A DNA stretch of 63,973 nt, counting the filler, from Trichosphaerium sp. ATCC 40318 (taxonomy: Eukaryota > Protista > Tubulinea), in NCBI GenBank assembly GCA_038496445.1. It is 3 parts of 3 records of this genome, joined end to end, with 100 filler letters (N's around TTAATTAATTAA, not from the genome) between each part and the next. Parts side by side here need not be neighbours in the genome. Positions count along the whole stretch, not along the records: positions 50,954 to 63,973 come from JALMLS010000545.1; 2 more parts are not named here. One strand, 5' to 3'. The translations under genes were made by a program, and so were the position numbers. Shown here piece after piece: positions 54,843 to 63,973 of the stretch. The notes under the pieces were generated by a model. The model did not search any database, was not told the origin of the DNA, and was given only the letters and a program-made list of their open reading frames with translations. Within the stretch, counting starts at the first letter, position 1. Every line of letters begins with the position of its first letter.

Positions 54843-56490
54843 ATGGCCTCCGATGAGGCTGACACGCGAATGCGGATGCCTATATGGCTTTCGCACTTTG
54901 TATCTGGTGGTATAGCCGGATGCTCCGCGAAAACAGTTGTGGCGCCGTTTGATAGGGCTAAAATACTATATCAGGTACGCCATAGCGTGCAAGGCGTATG
55001 ACACTAGTATAACCGCTCAATAGTGTATTTTTTCCTTTACCATTCTAATTCCCAAGTAGACTAACCACCCCTTTTATAAACACGCATTTACAAGCGTATT
55101 TGGTGCGTATTTTTTCAAAAAAACATGTTTTGACGTCGCGTAGAAACTATTGGACAGATTGTGCATAAAGAAGGTATCACACACCTATGGAAAGGCAATA
55201 CAGCAACAATTGCAAGGTAACATAATTTAAAACGATCAAAAAAGGCTGCGGCGTTAACAACGACGCAGAAACACATCCAATTATACGTATCACAATACTT
55301 ACAGCTGTTTTAAATAGAATATTTCCTTATGCAGCAGTACAATTCATGGCATACGAAAAATACAAACAAGTACGCACTAGTGCTTTCATTGCTAAAGCTA
55401 ATAGCGAGCAAAAACGCTTTTCACCAAAAAAAAAAATTGACGAAAACAGTTTTTGGCCCAAAACGCTCTAACATGTATAGTTTGTAATGAAAGACATTGA
55501 GGAGGGTGAAATACACTTTTTTAGACACTTATTATGTGGTTCTCTTGCTGGTATGACTGCAGTGCTTGCTACATATCCGCTTGATTTAATGCGGTACGTT
55601 TTTTCACTGGATGAAAAAAAAAAAACCGTTTAAAAAAGAAACCGAAAAGTTTTTCACTTTTGATTGTTTTACATCACCACAACGTACTTGTACGTTACTT
55701 GTATACTCTGTAAATGTTAAAGATATCATTGATATACTAATTAAAAACTCAGAGCGCGTATGGCAAGCGAAGTAGGAAAAAACCATAAATACAAAGGTAG
55801 GCCCTTTCTTGTACTTTAAAAAAAAGGTTTTTTTTTTTAACTTTGTTTCTCTTTCTTAGGTATTTATCACGGTTTCACTACCTTGGTGAGAACAGAAGGA
55901 TTCTTTTCTATATGGAAAGGACTTGGGGCATCTATACAAGGTATTGTACCTTATGCCGGAGTGTACGTACAAAAAATGATAAATATCAGTTACATTGACT
56001 CATTGTTTTTCTTTCAGAAATTTTTCAGTGTATGAAACTCTTAAGGTTTTGGCACCTAAGAATAAGGATGGTGAACTACAAACTACTTGGAGACTTATTT
56101 GTGGAGGAGCAGCTGGTGCTATAGGTCAGACAGGTACAGATTGAAATGTTGCTTGGGTTTTTTCCTTACTGTCTTTTTTACAGTTGCATATCCTTGGGAC
56201 GTTGTAAGACGTAGAAGACAGACAATGGGTTTTGCACCTGGTAGTCCAGATATTAAAGTAACAGGAACATACTCTGTTATGCTTCATATTATAAAAAAGG
56301 AGGGTCCTCGAGGTACACAAAGAAAAGACAAAATTTACATTGTAAATTGTGGTAAAGTTCTCACTTTTTTTTTTTTCACAAAGGGCTTTACCGAGGTATA
56401 ACTATAAACTATTGGAAAGTTACACCTGCTGTAAGTATTAGTTTTATGGTTTATGAATGGATGAAGGATACTCTAACACCATATACATGA
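54843..56490 (+). CDS. Mitochondrial carrier (SLC25), CoA-carrier / Graves-disease-carrier-like subfamily
   Basis: Three Px[DE]xx[KR] signatures ([23 protein letters not shown]); [37 protein letters not shown]. Confidence 0.92.
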
Positions 56491-56942
56491 TAAACAAGAC
56501 GCTATTCAACAAACAAAGACAAAACAACAAATCATCAAAAGAGAAAAAATTCCGCGAAGATTTTTTGTTCTTTTTTTTTAAAGATCGCTTTGTGTGCTTT
56601 CATACTATTGTGATCTTATGATTCCCCATTCTATTTGAGGGATAGATAACTGTAACAGATATATATTTGTACATTGTACAGCTTGAGCAAAATACATAAC
56701 AATCAGAAAATGCCGTCTTTGATTGATGTTCTTTTTGGTTACCATTGAAGCGAAAATAATAAAAAGTGACAATTACCTGTCTACGCGTAGTGCGAGAAGG
56801 TTCTGCTTGATGAAAAAAAGCGCAAAAGTTTTTCAGCGTTGACATTTTTTGACATTTCGAGGTCTTCTGACGCTTTTATGTCTGCGATTGAAACTACAAA
56901 TTTAGTTGCACACGCGTATTATTAGAAATTTGGAACGTTTAG

Positions 56943-57743
56943 ATGGCGACACAACCATCTAAAGCAAAATCTAACATAATAGAGCTTAATGTAGGTGGAA
57001 CAGCTATAACAACAACTAGACGTACTCTATGCCAAGTGGAAGGATCATTACTAGCTTCTATGTTCAGCGGAAGATGGGAAAACAAGCTTGAAGTCGACAA
57101 CAAAGGACTACTTTTCTTAGACGTAAATCCATCTCATTTTTCTATCATTTTGGACCATCTAAGATCATGGTCTTTATCAGCAACACCTTCAGATGATATA
57201 CTAAGACGTAAGTGTTCACAAGATGGATATCTAAGACTTTTGGTTGAGTACTATGGATTATTAGAACCATTCAATGATTCTTTTGGAAAAGTATCATCTA
57301 ACTTAACAATAACTGATAATGGCTTGACTGTACAACAAAGTAACGCATCACATGTATTCTCTAGTGCACTGGGAACACAACGTATATCTACAGGAAAAGT
57401 GACATGGACGCTGGATATAATAGAAGCATCATGGATGCTTATTGGTGTAAGCTCTAGTAATAACATTATTAAAGATAGCCCTCATACATCAACTTTTGTT
57501 TATGGATGGACATCAATGAAATATAGACTTTATGGTGGTTTAAGTACAAAGAATGGTAGAGGATTCAAAGGAGGTGATACTGTTCTATTAACTCTTGACT
57601 CAGATAACTGTTGTTTGAAGCTTGTTTGTGGAGAAAACACTATCGGTGATACAAATGATCTGCCAAAAGGTAAAAAATGGAGGCTTCAAGTTGCAATTTG
57701 TAAAGGAGGTTCTGTATCTCTAACATCATGTAAAATGCATTAA
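56943..57743 (+). CDS. KCTD-type BTB/POZ + SPRY-like domain protein, intronless
   Basis: IELNVGG..TTTRRTL...GSLLASMFSG..FLDVNP.HF..ILDHLR; then GKVTWTLDI..WMLIGV..YGW..GDTVLLTLD. Confidence 0.9.
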   Translation: MATQPSKAKSNIIELNVGGTAITTTRRTLCQVEGSLLASMFSGRWENKLEVDNKGLLFLDVNPSHFSIILDHLRSWSLSATPSDDILRRKCSQDGYLRLLVEYYGLLEPFNDSFGKVSSNLTITDNGLTVQQSNASHVFSSALGTQRISTGKVTWTLDIIEASWMLIGVSSSNNIIKDSPHTSTFVYGWTSMKYRLYGGLSTKNGRGFKGGDTVLLTLDSDNCCLKLVCGENTIGDTNDLPKGKKWRLQVAICKGGSVSLTSCKMH

Positions 57744-58031
57744 TCACGAACACTATTGAGTGTACTAAAAATCCTGAACAACCACAATTTTTCAGTCACG
57801 TGGTAATAAAACCTTAAGACTACGAGAATTTTTTAGGTGACTACTTTTTCATACTGACAACGCATTTACTTGTATGTAGAACTTTAATATCTAGTTACCA
57901 CTGCTCACCTTTATATTGAAGGTACATTATTTTTTAGTTTCCTATTTTTTGTGAGTAAGGCAAGACAATTGCATTTAAAAAAGTGTTGTGCAGTTTATTT
58001 ATTTTTTGGTCTTTTTTTTTTTTGAAGTGTT

Positions 58032-59741
58032 TTAAAGATCATCATGGTCATCATCATCGTCATCTTCAAAGGAATCAAGTTCCATACCATTAATATCTTC
58101 ATCACTAGCTGAAAGATATTCTAATTGCGGTGGCTTATACTTACCAGTATCATCACTAAAAAACACATCTTCTGTTAAAAGAAAATGTCCTGTATGATTA
58201 TTTGGTGCCATTTTATATGCAATAAGAGCAAGAATTAACAACAATGCTATCAACCCTTTATCATAAAATAAGTTTAAAAATGATATCATTAAAGCGAGAG
58301 GAATACTTACCTCCTACCATTGCAATAATAATAAAAATCCAAAGAATGCCTTGTGGGTCTTCGTCAGCTGTTGAAGAAAAAAAAGTTAGAAAAAATGGGT
58401 TTCAAAAGAAAAAAGTTTTTGAGCCTTAGGCTCGATTTTTTACGTGTTATTGTGAATGATTCTATAGGACGACCATTTAGCTTTTGTGTTGGACGATAAT
58501 TATTCTTTAAAGCATCGATTTTAACAAGTTTAGAAAGCTGTGAAGCAGAAATAGGTACAGCTTGTTGTAGAATAAACCATGTGACAATTTCGTCACATGA
58601 CGGTGTTGTTAAAGATCCTCTATACTTAAAATATGAACTCCCATGGACTAAATTAGCTATATAGTCCATCTAGAATAAACTGTCAGTATCACATGAAGTC
58701 TAAAACGGGAAAAACCTCGAACAACTAAAGCAACTATAGCAAAAAGTTTTGCTTCATAGCTATGTTACAGTGACACTAATTTTGTTAATAACGTACCTCT
58801 AAGCTTATACTTGATGATATATTACCATTGGGTAAGTGTGGAAGGATCTGTAAGTGGATAATGTCAACAAAAAAATCAATCTTTCCAAAAAAACCATCAA
58901 AAAAACCATCAAAAAAAAAAATCATTAAAATGATTTGTTAACATACTGAATCCAACCATGTATTTGATGTTATATTCTGATCTGGTACATTTAAAAATAT
59001 ACCAACAACAGCTAATGTATTATCCTTCACCGATTTATGTACCTAACAACAAAGTTAAAAATCGAAACTTTTTTTTTTTCGTTTTCAAGTTTTTGGGAAA
59101 ACCAGTTTAGCGTACGAGGTGTAACTCTACTGAACGCGGTTGTCCGTTTATAGTATGCTCGCTACGAGCATGAAAGTGTATTTGATGAAGTTTAAATGTC
59201 TTTTCATCATGAAGTGTATCAAGTGTCATCGTATCTGCTGTAATATCGACTATAGAAGCAGTGTTACAATTACAAGAGTGTTTAGTGAAAAGATTTGAAA
59301 AGAATTCGTAAATCTTAACGGTATTGATTGTTAACGCACTTATAACTGTGTGTCCGTTGTTGCGTATGGTTTGTAACTTTGAACCACCTTTTAAAGGTGA
59401 TATAGACTATTCGACCGTTTTAGTAAGTTGTAGTGGTATTACATATCGCTAGCAGTGCATACCAACGCCTTTAAATAATCTGGATGAGTTACAACCGCTG
59501 TATCAATGTTTATAGGTGATTGGCGTCTACCATTCGCACATACTTCTATTTGTTAGACTTTCGTGTCGTGAAATGTGATGTTTACAAGCAAACGCTCAAA
59601 CAAGCACGTACTTGGTGCGTTGCATAATGTATACCATGACAATGGTCCATTAGGACCATGGAAAGAGTAATCGCAGCTGCTCGCTTTACTCAGAGCAATC
59701 AACGCACCAACGTAAATAAAGAGCAACAAGCGAGTACTCAT
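58032..59741 (-). CDS. Membrane-anchored alpha-carbonic anhydrase
   Basis: Signal peptide; QSPINI, NNGHT, QIHFHARSEHTING, ELHLVH (Zn ligands), YRGSLTTPSCDEIVTW, NNYRPTQKLNGR; C-terminal TM helix and acidic tail. Confidence 0.95.
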
Positions 59742-60048
59742 GGAGTTGCGGCACTCCTATTCAGAAAAAAAAACGGTTTGAATGAAAAAGAAGCCAAAAA
59801 AGTTTTTTGGCGTACTAAAGTTACTACCACGTTCTACGCAATAATTACATCAGTACAACAAACTACCAAACTAGTTAGTCCAGCTGAGAAAATGGATGTT
59901 GGTGGAAGTGACACTCGCTTTTTTGCGATTTAGATATGACTGTACATGCGCTGGAGTGCGCTTGTTACGCAGTGTTCCTAGTTTGGTAGTTGTTTCTACT
60001 TTAAACAAAGAAAAGTCAATCATTTTAAGTCCGTTATGATGAAGGAGT

Positions 60049-61006
60049 ATGGAGCCACCGAATAGCAAAATATTCGACTACTTGGTTGTTTCTACGCTAA
60101 CTTCAGATGGTGGTACGCTTTTTAAGACAAATTAAATGTTTGCAAACAACAAACGCAAAATGCAAGGGGACGAACCAATTAAACCAGAAATATCGTGGAC
60201 GTTCCCTGCTCTTGAAGATATAGAAGATCCAAATGATTTGAAACCTGTGCCCGTATTTTGTTTCCCTGAGCTAGAAGAGATTAACGACCAATTCTCAGGC
60301 GCCGACAGATATCGGTACAAGTCATTACTCTCGCAATTACCTTCCTAATCTCCCTTCAAGCGAATTCGACTTTTCTTACGCTCTTACGCTTCAAAACAGT
60401 GGTACGTCGCCATACTATGACGCAAAAACCCCATTTCGCAGACAATTACGACATCGCAAAACAAAAGTTGCCTAGAAACGCCTCTTTAGTTATTTTCGTG
60501 CTTACAACACCGTCATAACACAGTACAGCGATATATTATTTTTTTTTGACACTTTACACTTAGGTAAGCGCTTTGCGTACTGTAGGCGCTACTTTGTACC
60601 TATAAAGGATGATAAAGCAAAACCAAATGCTTTTCGCGTTGAATGTATATGTTTGCTTAGCTTCAGGTGAAGTTTTCAGAACAAGAAGGAAGTTGTATTA
60701 ATTTTTTCTGTTTTTTAGGAAATCGTTCGCTCTGTTTTCCCAGATACTAGATAATGTATTGATTAGACGTGAACAAGGAGGTTATGATGCTGTTAACCTG
60801 TTCATAGATGGAGTACTCTCTCATGCCTTTCCATCGCCAGGTAAGCAACGCTTTTGGCTTTTGTTTTTGTGCTTTTAAGTGAAAGTACTTTTTTGTTTGT
60901 TTTTTGCGTTACGTTATTTTTGGTTTTAATAGGTGAGACACTCACTGTAAAGACAATGAACCAATATAAAGAAGAGAGGAATCTGAACCCTACAAAAGAT
61001 CATTAG
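60049..61006 (+). CDS. DENN-domain protein fragment (uDENN and start of cDENN), apparently truncated
   Basis: IFDYLVV, PVFCFPE, FSYALTLQNSGKRFAYCRRY, CICLLS..FALFSQILD, FPSPGETLTV, then TAG at 61004-61006. Confidence 0.7.
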
Positions 61007-61169
61007 TGACTAAATCGGATACTGGTAAAAAGAGAAAAAAACAACTAATGATAAAGCATCAGTGAAAAAAGCTGCAATATTTTATATAATTTACCTCGAA
61101 ATTCACTACTGACAGGAACACGTTGTTGCGATAACGCCACTCTCTTATCTATAGGCCATCCCAGTACTT

Positions 61170-61828
61170 CCTTTCATACTGTGAGAAGAGATAGTAGATA
61201 TTTACTGTTGTAAGTGCCTTGGGGAAATCACACCATAAAATACGAAGGTCATTAAAGATGTATCTAATTTGGCGTTGGTTGAATGGATGAACGGTTTTGA
61301 ACGTGTCCGTTACCTTTGAAATGGAGTCGTTACAATAACATCTATTATGAATCCATGCGTATCATGACCTTTCACGACGCACCAATGGCCCTTGCGTACA
61401 ATACCAACTGAAGCTTCAAGATGAAGTGCCAACTCGAACTAAGGTAATTTTTGTTAACTATTATTACAGTTGAGGCAGCTGCTTACTTGTGGTGTGCCTG
61501 TCATGTCGTTTATTGTCATAGCCGATAGTAAATCGCATAGTTCATCGCTAAGAGGGTTTGCAGGTGCGTTGTAATGTGACTGACGCTGCTTACGCGGCTT
61601 TACCGGGTTCTTTTTTGGCGCTTTTCTTACAGTTGCGCGTTTGGCGTTTTTATGCTTTGGTGCTTGTTTATAGCGCTTTTTCGACCTTTTCGCTGGTTTT
61701 TTTTGTACTGGTGTAAATTGCTGTTCTTCTTCGAACCGCATTGGCGGTTTACGCTGTCTGGTACCTAAACGCGTTATAGGTACGCGTCAAGTTTAACACA
61801 ATTTATTACTTCGACGTGTAGGCTCCAT
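61170..61828 (-). CDS. Hypothetical protein with a basic N-terminus (3' end uncertain)
   Basis: MEPTRR|STRQRKPPMRFEEEQ..KKPAKRSKKR.. with canonical short introns joining in frame; no family recognised. Confidence 0.4.
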
Positions 61829-62139
61829 GATGCTTTTGATTTAATAAAAACAGAGCTTGGGAAGGATTCGATGGTGAAGCAAGGCGTTTTGGCGCGGTTT
61901 GGCGTTATTTTGCAATCCGTTTAAGTTTCAGAACGATTGTTACTAAAACCATACTCTAAGTGATTAGGGCAGTTTATTTTTTGGGAGGTTAAGCGAAGTA
62001 TTTCGGAAAATCTTTCCGGAACAGAATTTAATTAAATGGGCAGTTAATTAACTTACAAGACCACTTATCGCACGTATGATTTTGTAACGGACTTTGGCTT
62101 CAAAGTGGAATCAGGTGAATAGGTGCAGTCCGGTTCACG

Positions 62140-63973
62140 ATGGAACAAACAATACGCCCATTGCTTGAAGTAAGTTTAAATCCGTTTTACAGATAATAAC
62201 AAAGAGCAGTTTTTTGTAGACAACGTACCCTCATGCGTTGTTATATGCGGTCTTTGCTTAAAATCTGCGTCAATTGATACGCTAGCACGCTCAATTCTAA
62301 TTTTGTTTGCCTCTCGGGCAGATGGCTTCTATCACCTTCACGACCTTTTAATACGGTACGAACAGCGTGCAAAAACTGTTCCTCATCAATTCTAGCTTGA
62401 TCACGAAAGAAATTGCAAAAACAAGTAATAAAACTATGATAGTCACCAAACTCTCATACCGTCGCTAGGTTCACAAGATCAGCTGTTTAGAGGACGTTCT
62501 ATACCAACAAGAATGCTATCCGATTTTCTGCAACTATACGGCGGACCATTCTTACACGCATTACTATCTCCAATCATTAAAAAAGTCAGTAATACCAGCA
62601 AAAAATATAACGTTGATCGGCTCAACTCCCAAGAAGACCAAGATGACATTCTAGCCTTGCAAGCATACTCGAAACTCTTGCAAACATGTTTTTAGAACTG
62701 TTGCAGAACGTCTTGTCAATATTACCAGGTATGTTAACAAACATGCGCGGTGGAAACACAGGGCACTTGCGATTGTTTGTTCAGCTGTGGCTTTTTTATA
62801 ATAATTTTCTGACGCGTACTAGGCCATTTTATCTCTTGTTTCATGAGATTTACGCACTATCTAATGTTATGTTTCCACAACAAGGTAGACAGGCCGTATG
62901 CGCTTTTTTCTTTCTGCGTTTTATATGTCCTGCCTTAACGACTCCAGAACGTTACAACTTAGTCAGAGGTACGCCATTTACTCATAGTACTATGAAGGTA
63001 TAAGTGTGGCTGGTCTAATGGAGCTATATAGAAAAATCTATCACTAAGGAAACAAGGAGAGTTTTAGTTTTGCTTGGAAAGATGATACAAAATCTTGCAA
63101 ACAATACAGCCTTTACTGAGTCTTATATGCTCAATCTTAATAATTTTATTACCGATAATCAAAGAATTATAAATGAGGTCATGCAAACACTTGTACGAAC
63201 CGAGATGGCCCAACGCGAATTGTTTCTTTTGTTTTCACTGATAAGTTGACATTTTTTTTTTTGAAAGTGACACATTGCGTGTTTCTTTTATTTGTAGTTT
63301 TTGTTCTGTCTTCTTATTTATTTATGTAGATGCAACCACTATCTGATATACATATTGCAAATCGGTTTTCTGAGCTTCATTCCCTTATAGATCAGAAGAA
63401 AGAAACTGCTCGGCACAACATTTGCAAAATATTTATTTCTAGTTATGAACGAATCTTGCAATTAAAGAACGAGCCGGCACCAATAATGACTGATGAAGAT
63501 TTTAAAACGCTTTTAAAGCTGTCTAATATATTGACTGACACGAAGCCTCACTTTAACTTTATAAATGCGAAACTTGCAGCGTACGTACCAACTACATGGA
63601 CAAGTTCAAATCACTTATTTGATGTTAAGAGGCGATTTTGATTTGCCTTCTGTTATTGCGCCAAAATCAAAAACCGGTTTGCGGCTGCCTCTCAAGCGTG
63701 TAAAGAATCACTTTAGTAGAGATCATGAAAAAAAGCCTGGTGATCGTAACACTTCCTCTCCACGACAAAAAGGCGATTCACTCAAGTACGTGAATGAAGT
63801 TGTTTTTTTCTCTTTTTACCAGTATCCGATTTAGTCACTAATGATCTTTTTGTAGGGGTTCAGATTCTCCTCTTCTTTCGCCAGTGGAAATAATTGAGAC
63901 AATAAGTATACCTGTTAAAGCATTTCAAGAAATGTTTAAGCTGGAAGTCGAAAACAAACAGAATGCTTCCGAT
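62140..63973 (+). CDS. RasGAP-domain protein (runs off the window end)
   Basis: Arginine-finger QLFRGRS, GGPFL..LSPII, AFFFLRFICPALTTPE, RRVLVLLGKMIQNLAN, ESYMLNLNNFI. Confidence 0.9.

Overview
AT-rich, gene-dense and intron-dense genomic DNA from a microbial eukaryote (amoeba-like gene content; most introns are about 40-60 nt; standard genetic code). Two artificial 100-nt N/TTAATTAATTAA linkers split it into three contigs. About 20 host genes can be reconstructed by eye across short introns: a secreted cyanophycinase-like S51 peptidase, a GH32 fructosidase, F-box/LRR paralogues, an LRMDA-like protein, a DOMON protein, METTL5, JMJD8, D-amino-acid oxidase, an SLC25 carrier, BTB-SPRY, alpha-carbonic anhydrase, a DENN fragment and a RasGAP. 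Two fusions stand out: HSF-type DNA-binding domain + coiled coil + RBR E3 ligase, and myosin + MORN + SAM + PARP-like ADP-ribosyltransferase. The 7-17 kb region is a transposon graveyard. It holds a 5.3-kb piggyBac-like (degenerate TTAA) element with no visible transposase, which carries a spliced USP-like/mucin-repeat gene and sits inside an intron of an F-box/LRR gene. It also holds three CAGGG-ended MITE-like elements stacked inside a divergent G-alpha-like pseudogene. These different elements share a roughly 55-bp internal non-coding motif. A long-TIR, intron-containing MULE lies at 39-43 kb. All exon boundaries and family calls are by eye, without database searches.
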